In this document: one piece after another, positions 27,122 to 36,516 of the stretch
Position numbering within the stretch: the stretch's first letter is position 1
Layout of the letters: each line of letters begins with the position of its first letter
Assembly (NCBI GenBank): GCA_012270875.1
Contig: JAAXHI010000558.1
Location: 1,952 to 58,580 of the forward strand
DNA length: 56,629 bases
Source of the DNA: Candidatus Poribacteria bacterium
GTDB taxonomy: Bacteria > Poribacteria > WGA-4E > WGA-3G
Reading direction: 5' to 3'
Made by a program: the position numbers and the translations under genes
Notes under the pieces: model-generated
The model's database searches: none
What the model was told of the DNA's origin: nothing
The model's input: only the letters and a program-made list of their open reading frames with translations

Positions 27122-28791
27122 CGGATATGTTCGCGATACGCCTCAACTTCTGCATCTATTCTATCTTGATCCCAGATATTTTTCTCGCTTAGGAATTGCG
27201 CAATTTGGAGCGCAATGTCAAGTCCTTGCCCCCGGGTCCAACCGATACGGGTACGTCGCCAGAGGAGGTCGTCAAGTGTGATTGCCATCTCGCCCCAATA
27301 GGCGTAGAGAAGTTCGGCTTTCGTGAACGGAAGGGACGGGGTTATCGGTTCAGCAAGTGCTGGATCGTCGTTGACGAACTTCTGAATAATCTGATACCCG
27401 TCACCATAGCGTTGAATCAGGTATTCTGTGTCAATATGCGAGTGTGAAGCGTGATCCCCATCGCCATTCAATGCCGCCGTTGATCCATTGAACAGAGGCG
27501 TCGTATCTGTTTTACAATGGCGCGAGACATTCAAAAACGTCGCAAGGTGGTCTACCGTCTCCTCTGCCATCTGTCGATGGGTCGTCAACTTCCCACCATA
27601 AAGATACATTACACCGCTCGGGCTCTCTGTGATTAAATGATCCCTTGAAACAAAATCGTCCTTTTCAAACCCTTGTCGGAGTTGGTTCTCTGCTATGAGT
27701 GGACGTGTACCTGCGTAAGTAGCGATAATAGAATCATTATTGAGCCGCTGTTCAGGAAAAATTCGCTGCGTTTCTGAAAGTAGGTATGCCACTTCATCCA
27801 CTGACGCACGCACCGACGATAAATCTTCCGCGGGTGTCGTTTCAGTGGTGCCGACGATAGAGGTATTGTAAGGACCCGGTAAAATAAAAATACCGCGGGA
27901 TTTACCACCCTGTCGCATTTCTGAATGCGTAGAGATCACTAAGCCGTACGCGCCGGATGCATCGTCTTTTCCACATCTTGGTAAAACGATGTGAATACCT
28001 TGCGCATTCTTCGTTACCAGGCGCGGCATCCCATCGTAACTTGGATCTTTGCGCCACACATGGTCGCTCCAAGGCCCCGTCGCCGATACAACTTTTCGCG
28101 CAGAGATTTCAAAACGTTGTCCAGAGATAGTATCTTCAGCAGTTATTTTGGATACACGGTTTCCGCTATTCGTTGTATCTGGTTGATCGACAAAATTGAG
28201 AAATCGGACATAGTTAGTTATAACGGCACCGTGTTGATGCGCGTCTTTGAGTGTTGCGAGGGTTAATCTCGCGTCGTCAGTAGTGCTATCCCATATAACG
28301 ACACAACCTTTTAGCGTATCCGTGGCAACGGGCCCGAGTAAGTGTTGAATCTTTTGAGAATCGCGAATCACTTTTGATTTTTCTGTCTTATCTGTTTTAG
28401 ACAGATAATTGTAGTAATACGCAGCGGCTTGTATACCTACTAACGGGTATGGATCGCCTTTGTAGAAGAGAATAGCTAACGGAAGCGGCTTGACAAGATT
28501 CGGGGCAATGCGCTGAAGAATCTCACGTTCTCTACGCGACATTTTAACGAGTTCTCTATCGTGTTGGAGGTAACGAAATCCACCGTGAACCAGCTGCGAA
28601 GTAGCACTGCTCGTTCCACTCGCAAAATCGCCTTGTTCAATTAATCCTGCTTTGATACCACCGTTGAGCGCAAGATCGCGAATTAAACCCGCACCGACGA
28701 TACCGCCACCAATAACCAAGACATCCAAAGGTTCAGTCTTGAGCGTTTCAATATTGTTCGCCCGAGTTCGGGCTGAAAATTCTGTTGACAT
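27100..28791 (-). CDS. glpD: FAD-dependent glycerol-3-phosphate dehydrogenase
   Basis: 563 aa. The dinucleotide fold is 'VLVIGGGIVGAGLIRDLA'. 'HGGFRYL' is present, and the C-terminal segment 'LDDLLWRRTRIG' is typical of GlpD/GlpO. Confidence 0.85.
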   Translation of the reverse strand: MSTEFSARTRANNIETLKTEPLDVLVIGGGIVGAGLIRDLALNGGIKAGLIEQGDFASGTSSATSQLVHGGFRYLQHDRELVKMSRREREILQRIAPNLVKPLPLAILFYKGDPYPLVGIQAAAYYYNYLSKTDKTEKSKVIRDSQKIQHLLGPVATDTLKGCVVIWDSTTDDARLTLATLKDAHQHGAVITNYVRFLNFVDQPDTTNSGNRVSKITAEDTISGQRFEISARKVVSATGPWSDHVWRKDPSYDGMPRLVTKNAQGIHIVLPRCGKDDASGAYGLVISTHSEMRQGGKSRGIFILPGPYNTSIVGTTETTPAEDLSSVRASVDEVAYLLSETQRIFPEQRLNNDSIIATYAGTRPLIAENQLRQGFEKDDFVSRDHLITESPSGVMYLYGGKLTTHRQMAEETVDHLATFLNVSRHCKTDTTPLFNGSTAALNGDGDHASHSHIDTEYLIQRYGDGYQIIQKFVNDDPALAEPITPSLPFTKAELLYAYWGEMAITLDDLLWRRTRIGWTRGQGLDIALQIAQFLSEKNIWDQDRIDAEVEAYREHIRWLNFYL

Positions 28792-28801
28792 CTTTGCGTA
28801 T

Positions 28802-30208
28802 TCAATCCGTTATTAAATGGCTATGTAAACAGACTTTACGAATAGCGGTTAGGATTCTCGATGCAGCACCTGCTATCGGTTGTGTTAGCAGCGGCAAAAA
28901 TATAAGCCGCGAACAAGCCTGTTCCGTTACAGGCAAATCCCCAGCAGCATAACCTTTAAACACGCCACCGATCTCCGCAGTGCAGAGAGAACCCCTACCA
29001 TTCATATAGATATCAAGTCCATGTGTGAAAAGTGGTAAAGTATGCAGCAGCGGATATGGATTGCTATTCGTCGGTAGACTCCCTGAAAAAAGCGGCACAC
29101 CATTCCCGACAAGGAGCGGATATGGATTATTGTTTGCCAATACACCTTCTTTTCGGAGTGCCTCAGCAAACAGGGGAGCAGGCAGCCCATGCACCTCATC
29201 CGCATGGTAACGGATCGGAAACCCGTAAAATCCAGCTGGCTCAGCCCCTTCATAAGTCTCAACAGGAGACACGCCCGGAATTTCCTGTAATCCAGCGGAT
29301 ATTTCTTGTATGTAAGCGCGACGTCCCGTATTGAGTTCATCAAGCTTTTCCAGCTGCACCGAAGCGATACCGATAGCAAGCGGATGCGCCCGGAATTTAA
29401 CACCCAATCCCAACGGCGGAAGATGCGTGTATTGCAGCGCTTCTACCGCAGCACCTTCAACGTTAGGTGAACGATTAACTTGACCGAGCAGACACGCCCG
29501 CTCAAAAACCGTCACATCATTGGTAGCGAGCATCCCCCCTTCGCCAGCACTCACTGACTTGTTGCCTTGCAAACTCCACGCGCCTGCCTGCCCGATACTT
29601 CCACACGGTGTCCCTTTGTATGATGCCCCGTGCGCGTGAGAACAGTCCTCTATGACCGGCACACCCGTCTCTTCGCTGAGTGCCATGAGCGCGTCCATAT
29701 CACAGACATTGCCCCACAGATGCACCGCCATGATAGCCTTCGTTCGCGAGGTAATACGCCGCCGAACATCATCCACATCTATCAACAGCGTTCTCGGATC
29801 CACCTCACAGAAAACAGGGGTCGCCATCAGGGTCAACGCCGGTGTAATTGAACCCATCCACGTGTAAGTCGGACAGATAACCTCATCACCAGGACCGACA
29901 CCGAGCCCAAACATCGCACTATGTAACGCTGCCGTACCGTTGGTAAGACTCAAGGCGAATTGGGTTTGATGGCGTTCACACCAAGTTCGCTCAAATTCTT
30001 GAACAGTCGCAGAAGCACCAGAGAGTTCGTTCCGAAGCGTCATCTCATAAACGACCCGTGCCTCCGCCTCTGTAATTTGCCGCCACTCGTCCAATTTCGG
30101 ATAAGGCGCGTCGGGTGTTATTTCAAAAACGGGTGTCCCCCCTAAAACAGCAGGTAGATCCGTTGGGTCAACCTCACGACGAGATAACTGGGTTTCGTTC
30201 TTCTCCAT
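28802..30208 (-). CDS. DegT/DnrJ/EryC1/StrS-family PLP-dependent sugar aminotransferase with an enlarged C-terminal part
   Basis: 468 aa. It has 'EVICPTYTWMGSITP' and 'VIEDCSHAHGA', with the PLP-Lys region 'GNKSVSAGEGGM'. An internal 'NPYPLL' duplication is present. Confidence 0.83.
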   Translation of the reverse strand: MEKNETQLSRREVDPTDLPAVLGGTPVFEITPDAPYPKLDEWRQITEAEARVVYEMTLRNELSGASATVQEFERTWCERHQTQFALSLTNGTAALHSAMFGLGVGPGDEVICPTYTWMGSITPALTLMATPVFCEVDPRTLLIDVDDVRRRITSRTKAIMAVHLWGNVCDMDALMALSEETGVPVIEDCSHAHGASYKGTPCGSIGQAGAWSLQGNKSVSAGEGGMLATNDVTVFERACLLGQVNRSPNVEGAAVEALQYTHLPPLGLGVKFRAHPLAIGIASVQLEKLDELNTGRRAYIQEISAGLQEIPGVSPVETYEGAEPAGFYGFPIRYHADEVHGLPAPLFAEALRKEGVLANNNPYPLLVGNGVPLFSGSLPTNSNPYPLLHTLPLFTHGLDIYMNGRGSLCTAEIGGVFKGYAAGDLPVTEQACSRLIFLPLLTQPIAGAASRILTAIRKVCLHSHLITD

Positions 30209-30266
30209 AGCACGCTCCTTGCTACCGTCCTAATAATCAGCGATTTGTTTTAATCCGAGATCCGTG

Positions 30267-30304
30267 TTATACTGACAGATACCCTATCAGCAGATACAGT
30301 ATAA
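30267..30304. promoter_or_regulatory. Imperfect 38-bp palindrome with TATACT/TATAAT-like hexamers in the divergent intergenic region
   Basis: The outer arms 'ttatactg' (30267-30274) and 'cagtataa' (30297-30304) are exact complements. The element lies between the DegT gene (minus strand) and the ABC permease gene (plus strand). Confidence 0.3.
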
Positions 30305-30354
30305 TAGCACGTTCCAATAACTTTTGTCAAATTTAGCAGAGAGACCAAGAACCC

Positions 30355-31455
30355 TTGAATATCCGAAAATTGATCACCTCAGTGTCGCGAGGTAGAATAT
30401 CTCAATCCAGAAAGTTTTTCCTAAACTTCATATCTCCGCTAATCGCTATCTTCGGGTTCTTTCTTTCGTGTGGGATTGTCGTCCATTTCCGAGGACAAGA
30501 TGCATTAGAATTCTATAGAATCATTCTGCTCAGCGGGTTCGCAAGTTTCGATGATTTCGGGTATGTCCTCTTCAACGCCACGCCTTTAGTCTTTACAGGA
30601 CTCGCCGTCGCTGTTGGCTATAAAAGTGGATTGTTTAATATAGGCTGTGAGGGGCAACTCTACATCGCCGCATTCGCCGCCGCGTGGATAGGTATGCACC
30701 TAAACCTACCTGCTTTTCTACTCGTTCCACTCTGTATAGGAGCAGCAATGATTGCCGGTGCTGGATGGGGGGCAGTACCGGGTTTCTTAAAGGCAAGATA
30801 TGGTGCGCACGAAGTCATCAATACAATTATGATGAACTTCATCGCCTTCGCCCTCATGAACTACCTCGTTACAGCCGTTTATCAAGAACCGGGACAGATG
30901 ATCCCACAAACCCGTCAGATTCATGAAACGGCTCGAATCCCACGATTAGCATCTTTAGTCCCTATCCTACCCCAGAGCAACCCATTAAACGCGAGTTTTT
31001 TGATTGCCTGCGGGTGCGTCGTGTTTTGTTATATCTTTTTAACATATACCCGTTGGGGATATGAACTCCGCTTGGTAGGAAACGCGCAAGATGTCGCATC
31101 TTATGGCGGGATCAATCCCCGTGCTGTAATCGTATGGGTCATGGCGTTGAGTGGTGCGATTGCTGGATTAGCCGGTGTCGCTGAGGTGATGGGATACCGT
31201 TATCGGTTTTTGGATAGCTTTTCTTCAGGTTGGGGGTTCACCGGGATTGCTGTCGCACTCTTGGGAAGAAACAATCCATTCGGTATTTTGGCTGCAGCCG
31301 TTTTATTCGGATTACTGAACAAGGTCGCCTTAGATATTGAAATTTTGTTGGAGATCCCACGGGGTCTATTCTTTGCGGGGCAAGGCATGCTGATTATCTG
31401 GTTGGTTTGCATAGAAGGCATATCACGAAAAACAGCCACTCTCCTCCGCACCTAA
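30355..31455 (+). CDS. ABC transporter permease, BMP/nucleoside (YufP/NupB-like) family
   Basis: 366 aa. 'TPLVFTGLAVAVGYKSGLFNIGCEGQ' is characteristic of the family. The TTG start is uncertain, and the GTG at 30382 is an alternative. Confidence 0.83.
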   Translation: MNIRKLITSVSRGRISQSRKFFLNFISPLIAIFGFFLSCGIVVHFRGQDALEFYRIILLSGFASFDDFGYVLFNATPLVFTGLAVAVGYKSGLFNIGCEGQLYIAAFAAAWIGMHLNLPAFLLVPLCIGAAMIAGAGWGAVPGFLKARYGAHEVINTIMMNFIAFALMNYLVTAVYQEPGQMIPQTRQIHETARIPRLASLVPILPQSNPLNASFLIACGCVVFCYIFLTYTRWGYELRLVGNAQDVASYGGINPRAVIVWVMALSGAIAGLAGVAEVMGYRYRFLDSFSSGWGFTGIAVALLGRNNPFGILAAAVLFGLLNKVALDIEILLEIPRGLFFAGQGMLIIWLVCIEGISRKTATLLRT

Positions 31456-31460
31456 ACCTG

Positions 31461-31610
31461 CCTCACCGAACCGCAAGGAAATTTAAAAAATGATACTTGC
31501 TTGGCTAAAAAAGAAAACTAAGCCCGAAACGAAGTGGAGGGCGATTCTACGGAGAGGCACGTCAAAATCCAAACCCACCTCACCGAACCGCAAGGAAATT
31601 TAAAAAAATG
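31461..31610. repeat. Direct duplication of a 5'UTR/RBS/start-codon module (cctcaccgaaccgcaaggaaatttaaaaaa(a)tg) between the two permease genes
   Basis: Copies at 31461-31492 and 31578-31610. A third, related copy at 38267-38300 precedes the sugar dehydrogenase gene. Confidence 0.85.
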
Positions 31611-32450
31611 GTTCTTGAATTGATTCCAAGTACATTGCGAATGGCAACACCGTTAGGATACGCCGCACTCGGTGGGGTTTATTCAGAGCGCGCCGGGGTC
31701 ATTAACCTCGGTTTAGAAGGCATGATGTTGATCGGCGCATTCGGCTATGTTATTGGGACACAAGGTACAGGTTCAACGTGGCTTGGCTTACTTATCGGCA
31801 TCGGGTGCGGATTAGCACTGGCTTTGCTACATGCCGTTGCAACGGTTACTTTTCACGCGGATCAGGTCGTCACCGGAATCGGCATCAACATTTTGGCGTT
31901 AGGGATTACAGAGTATCTTTTACCACTCCCCAAACAGGTAGGTGGACTTCCGCATTGGGAGCTGCCGCTGATCGGTTCATACAGTTTCATCGTCTATCTG
32001 CTACCAGTCCTGATGGTAGCGAGTCATATCCTTCTGTTCAAAACGCCGTGGGGCTTACGATTGCGTGCAGCAGGCGAATCAACGGAAGCACTTGCGGCAT
32101 TGAGTCTAAGCCGTACAAAATGGCAATATCTTGGAATATTACTAAGCGGACTCTTAGCGGGGATAGGCGGATGCTTTTTGGCATCCGAAGTCCATTACTT
32201 CACAAAAGGGATGACAGCCGGACGGGGGTATCTCGCACTCGCAGCCGTCATCTTCGGGAACTGGCGACCCTTAAGCGGTGTATCTGCGTGCTTCCTCTTC
32301 GGGTTCGCCACCGCCTTAGAACTCGCAAACCGATGGAACATTCCGGGACAACTGCTACACAGTCTCCCATATATTTTAACAATGGTCGTGCTCATCGGGT
32401 TCGTAGGGACCTCGCGTCCGCCGGCGAGTTTGGGAAAGATGAAGCCGTAG
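31608..32450 (+). CDS. ABC transporter permease, BMP/nucleoside (YufQ/NupC-like) family
   Basis: 280 aa. 'TLRMATPLGYAALGGVYSERAGVINLGLEGMM' is characteristic of the family. Confidence 0.85.
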   Translation: MVLELIPSTLRMATPLGYAALGGVYSERAGVINLGLEGMMLIGAFGYVIGTQGTGSTWLGLLIGIGCGLALALLHAVATVTFHADQVVTGIGINILALGITEYLLPLPKQVGGLPHWELPLIGSYSFIVYLLPVLMVASHILLFKTPWGLRLRAAGESTEALAALSLSRTKWQYLGILLSGLLAGIGGCFLASEVHYFTKGMTAGRGYLALAAVIFGNWRPLSGVSACFLFGFATALELANRWNIPGQLLHSLPYILTMVVLIGFVGTSRPPASLGKMKP

Positions 32451-32625
32451 GTTTTAAACCCCCTAAATCCCCCTTATCAGGGGGACTTTAAGAAGTCGTC
32501 GGTTTTAAACCCAACCCCCTTATCAGGGGACTTTAAGAAGTCGTCGGTTTTAAACCCAACCCCCTTATCCCCCCTTATCAGAGGGGTAGGGGACTTTAAG
32601 GGGAAATACGTAAGTCCTTACTATT
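32451..32625. repeat. Cluster of ~3 abutting copies of the CCCCC/GGGGG hairpin repeat (REP/MITE-like family), ending in 'cgtaagtcctta'
   Basis: 32453-32491 is identical to the reverse complement of 6421-6459. The unit 'actttaagaagtcgtcggttttaaaccc' is repeated. The cluster lies between convergent genes. Confidence 0.85.
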
Positions 32626-35023
32626 CCGTTTCGCTGTCCTCATCCACAAGCCCATAGTAACTACCGTGGCGACTGTAATAACCGTAGGATTTGGCGTGCC
32701 TCGGATTGATCATATTACAAAGCACACCGATCCCCTTAGTCGGAAACGCCTCCGTCAAATGCCGTATCCCCGTGAGAATATCAAACCGTCGGGTCTTCGT
32801 GATGTCAAAAACATAGACGACAGCATCAACGATGTTTGCCAGAATCATCGGATCGGCAACAGCGCGAACAGGTGGGGAGTCAATCACAATGACATCATAC
32901 TCGGATTTCGCGAGTTCCAACCATTGGGTCATCATCTCTGAGTTGAGAAGTTCAATCGGATTCGGCGGCACAGTCCCGCTCGGGACTAAGAATAGATCGG
33001 GAATTCCAGTCTGTTTAACTGTTGCCTGAAGGACATCGTATCCATTTTCTGAGTTCAAGTGGATAAGGGCTTCGCTTAATCCCGGTTTGCGTACATCAAC
33101 GTGCGGAACAGGTAGTGCTGATGTCTCAATATCTGTCGTATCCTCTACCGGCAGGAGCTGTTCTCTCGGAAAGGTATTGTGTTGCGAAGGTCGTCGCATA
33201 TCGGCATCAATTAGTAAAACCCTATTACCCCTCTGTGCAAGGGCAACGGCAAGGTTCGATGAGATCGTGCTTTTACCCTCACCGCGCGTCGCGCTCGTGA
33301 CGAGAATCGTTTTCACAGAGGCACCCGGATTCAGGAACGGCAGTTTGGCTTGCAGCACACGAAACGCCTCGGCTGTCCTCGAATTCGGAGCATCGTGAAC
33401 CATCAGCGGCAGCCGATAGGAGCTGCGCCTTTTGATAGAGGGAAGCACCCCAAGAAAACTCGGCGATTCGGGAAGCGCGTCCAACTGTCGGACAGCCTCC
33501 TCTAAGCGGAGATAGGTATCTTTGAAATAATTCTTGGCGACAGCGAAGGTCATACCGAGTAGCATCCCGACGAATGCTCCTAAGGCGAGATTCAATTTTT
33601 GGCGCGGCTTCAGCGGTTCTTCCGGGGCACGTGCCCTATCCATCACCTTGATACTTTCCGAACGCGCTTGGGCGAAAACCTCCGCCTCCCGCATTTTTGT
33701 CTCCAAAACGATGACCTGAGCGTTGTAAATCTCAACATCTCGCTTAAGGCGATAGAACTCTAATTGGTCAGGCGACCATTCACGGAGCTCAGCGAAGTGT
33801 GTGTTAATTTGAGCAGTAACTTCATCTTTCTGCTTTTTAAGACTAATAGCAGCTGCCTCCGCCTCATTGACTTTCTCGGTGATGACTTGGTGGAGCGGAT
33901 TATAGGAAGATGTCGTACTTTTTATCTCTTTCTCCGATTTAGCAAGGCGTGCCGCCGTTTCTGCAATCTTCTTATCAATTGCAGTCACTTCAGGATGCGT
34001 TTCATCATATTTGCCAAGGAGTTCCGCCTTATCGATTTCGTATTGGTTTAAATTATCTTGTAGTTTGGAATGTGACGGATTTCGTGCGGTCGTTTCCGAT
34101 ATAATCTCCTCTGATAGGCCTTCCAATTCTTCGCGATAAGTAGCGAGTCTCAATTCAGCCCCTATCAAAAGGTTTATTAATTCATTTTCTTTCACTTGAA
34201 GTGCCAGAATGATCTGTGCTTGCGTCCCACCTTCCGCATTTAAGGTAAGTTTCGGGTGTTGTTCTTGGAATGCGAAGAGTGCTTCGTCTGCATTTGTAAG
34301 TCTCTCCTGTGTCTGATTCAGCATCCCTTGTGGAAGCGGCTTTCGCCACCACTCCATTCTTTCAACCGCTTCTGCTTCAACAACCCCCTGAAATACAGCA
34401 GCGATCCTGTTCGCAAGATGCTGTGCCCGCTCTGAGTCTCGTTGTTGCACGGTAACGGTAATCACTTTTCCATCCGGTGATTCTTCGACCTTTAACTGCT
34501 CATCAATAAGCGTTTTAACAAAGAAATCCTGCCACTCGTCGTCTGTAAGTTCTCCCTGTTCTGTAGCATCCTGATCCAGTCCAATATTCAACACATCTGC
34601 AAGCCACACGACAGTCCAGCCGCGATGAACCGGTAACGGATCAAGCAGTCCCTCGTCTCTGAGTTGGCGCACTGCCGGTGTAATCACAAGGTCGCGGGAT
34701 TGTAGCTGCGCCGCGAAAGCACTCACAGAGGTCCCACCCAGTAACCCAGATATCGGTAACTGTGAAAGTAGGGAGGACGCGGATTGACTATCTAAAACAC
34801 GAAGGGTCGTCTCGGATTGAAAAACCGGCGGCGTAAGATCCGTTATAAGAAACGCCGCGAAAACGGAAAGCAGAAAAATCAGAAGAACACTCCACTTATT
34901 CCGAAAGAGTATCCAAAAATAGTCTGACAATCGAATCTCTTTAACTTCTTCAAGCTGCCTATCGGCTGTCTCTGGCATCTGTAACCTCGTAGTGAAATTT
35001 TTCTTAGTGCCTTTTAAGTGCAT
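32621..35023 (-). CDS. Polysaccharide co-polymerase / tyrosine autokinase (Wzc/GumC-like)
   Basis: 800 aa. An N-terminal Wzz-type TM and coiled-coil region is followed by the Walker A segment 'SATRGEGKSTISSNLAVALAQ' and a Tyr-rich tail 'KSYGYYSRHGSYYG'. Confidence 0.88.
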   Translation of the reverse strand: MHLKGTKKNFTTRLQMPETADRQLEEVKEIRLSDYFWILFRNKWSVLLIFLLSVFAAFLITDLTPPVFQSETTLRVLDSQSASSLLSQLPISGLLGGTSVSAFAAQLQSRDLVITPAVRQLRDEGLLDPLPVHRGWTVVWLADVLNIGLDQDATEQGELTDDEWQDFFVKTLIDEQLKVEESPDGKVITVTVQQRDSERAQHLANRIAAVFQGVVEAEAVERMEWWRKPLPQGMLNQTQERLTNADEALFAFQEQHPKLTLNAEGGTQAQIILALQVKENELINLLIGAELRLATYREELEGLSEEIISETTARNPSHSKLQDNLNQYEIDKAELLGKYDETHPEVTAIDKKIAETAARLAKSEKEIKSTTSSYNPLHQVITEKVNEAEAAAISLKKQKDEVTAQINTHFAELREWSPDQLEFYRLKRDVEIYNAQVIVLETKMREAEVFAQARSESIKVMDRARAPEEPLKPRQKLNLALGAFVGMLLGMTFAVAKNYFKDTYLRLEEAVRQLDALPESPSFLGVLPSIKRRSSYRLPLMVHDAPNSRTAEAFRVLQAKLPFLNPGASVKTILVTSATRGEGKSTISSNLAVALAQRGNRVLLIDADMRRPSQHNTFPREQLLPVEDTTDIETSALPVPHVDVRKPGLSEALIHLNSENGYDVLQATVKQTGIPDLFLVPSGTVPPNPIELLNSEMMTQWLELAKSEYDVIVIDSPPVRAVADPMILANIVDAVVYVFDITKTRRFDILTGIRHLTEAFPTKGIGVLCNMINPRHAKSYGYYSRHGSYYGLVDEDSETE

Positions 35024-35045
35024 CTCCCAGGCGTATATCCCTCAA

Positions 35046-36317
35046 CTATCTGTATCGAACCAAGACAGTGACAAGCAGATTTACAAATGATGTTGCGAAG
35101 GTAATCACCCGCCAATCTAAACGTGTCCGTTCACGAACGCGGAGTTGATCCTTCGGGTTCAGATAAACTTCCGAGTGTACCTGATCGAAATTCAACTCCT
35201 CCTCTGTGCCATCAGCCCGCGTCAGAAGACATTTTTTTGGATTTGCCCTTTCTTCGTCGAATCCACCCGCCATAGCAACGGCTTGTCCCAAGAGGACAGG
35301 TTCGCTAATCACATATTGTCCCGGCTTTTCTACCGCCCCCGTAACGCTGATCTTCGCTTCCGCCAAGGGCACATATAACATGTCCCCAGGTCCCAACATC
35401 GCCACAGTGTCTTCAGTGGTCAGATCCACTAAAATCCGTTCTTCACTCGTGATGACTTCCGATTTATGCAAATCCGCAAAATCGGTTCTGGAACCGCCTG
35501 CAAGTTTTAGTGCCTGTATCGCTGAAATTTGTGGGGCAGTTATCGGATAAATACCCGGCGTAACCACTGCGCCTATGACACGCACCGGCCGTTGTTGAAA
35601 AACAGAAGGCACAAATACAGTATCATAATCCCTCAATAGAATATCGGGACCCCCCTTGTTGATGAGATCAACATAATCAACTCTGGCGAACAGTGCCCCA
35701 TCGCGCCAGATAGAAATATCTGTGAGATTCGCACGTTCGTAGTTGATTGAGGCAGACGCGAGTGCCTGGATTAAATAGACCTGCCCGACTTCAAAAACGT
35801 GTAAGTTTCCACGTGCCCGCGGTTCAACCGCGCCGAACACAAGGATCGTGCGTTTTGGGGGCATGAGCGTTACAAACACGCGTGCTGTCGGTAAATGTTT
35901 TGAAAAAGCCGTCTGCATCCGCGCCTGCAGTTCAGAAACCGTCAGACCAGTGACCTTAATGAGTCCAATAAGCGGATACGAGACATAACCGTCTTGTTGG
36001 ACAGGCACGGGGACCCGCTCTTTACTATATTCAGGATACCCATCTACGGTGACGACAAAACTATCGCCAACCTCTAATTTATATGTAGACAATTCAGGGA
36101 GACTTGCGTCTTTCGGGGTAGCCGCTGTGTCAGTCGTTGGGTCAACAGTAACAGATTCAGCAGCAAAAGCAGGCATGGAATAACCCACTTGCCCCAGAAT
36201 GAGTAGAAATATTAGAAAATTTTTAACAGGAGATTTTGGAAAACAGTCAGTGTCTGTAAAAAATTGTCGGCATAAAGCGTGTATTTTTTTCATGAAATTG
36301 CTATCAACCCTTTTCAA
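35046..36317 (-). CDS. Polysaccharide export protein (Wza-like, Poly_export plus SLBB repeats)
   Basis: 423 aa with a signal peptide. 'YKLEVGDSFVVTV...DGYVSYPLIGLIKVTGLTVSEL' is the Poly_export motif, and repeated SLBB-like segments follow. It lies immediately upstream of the Wzc-like gene. Confidence 0.8.
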   Translation of the reverse strand: MKRVDSNFMKKIHALCRQFFTDTDCFPKSPVKNFLIFLLILGQVGYSMPAFAAESVTVDPTTDTAATPKDASLPELSTYKLEVGDSFVVTVDGYPEYSKERVPVPVQQDGYVSYPLIGLIKVTGLTVSELQARMQTAFSKHLPTARVFVTLMPPKRTILVFGAVEPRARGNLHVFEVGQVYLIQALASASINYERANLTDISIWRDGALFARVDYVDLINKGGPDILLRDYDTVFVPSVFQQRPVRVIGAVVTPGIYPITAPQISAIQALKLAGGSRTDFADLHKSEVITSEERILVDLTTEDTVAMLGPGDMLYVPLAEAKISVTGAVEKPGQYVISEPVLLGQAVAMAGGFDEERANPKKCLLTRADGTEEELNFDQVHSEVYLNPKDQLRVRERTRLDWRVITFATSFVNLLVTVLVRYR

Positions 36318-36516
36318 CGGAGTTTTCTATTCGTTGATTCTCAGATTCAGATCCTTCTTATTTTTACATTGCCCAATATTTTAACAGATATTCACCAGAA
36401 ACGCAACGGAAAACCACTTGCATCGGGTACTATATTACGTTTGTTGCGAATCGCTCGGTTTCCTTCAAAAATAATGTTTGTTGCTTTAACCTATGGAGTT
36501 ATGCTAATATAGTGTT

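Noticed and set aside
32451-32625. CRISPR array
   Set aside because: The repeated units abut each other with no unique spacers. Only ~3 degenerate copies are present. The same unit occurs singly at 6421 and 55171, and no cas genes are present. This fits a REP/MITE-type repeat cluster.
36279-36512. 77-aa ORF in the divergent wza / heptose-kinase intergenic region
   Set aside because: It overlaps the 5' end of the wza-like gene in another frame and spans the likely promoter region. It has no RBS and no motifs.
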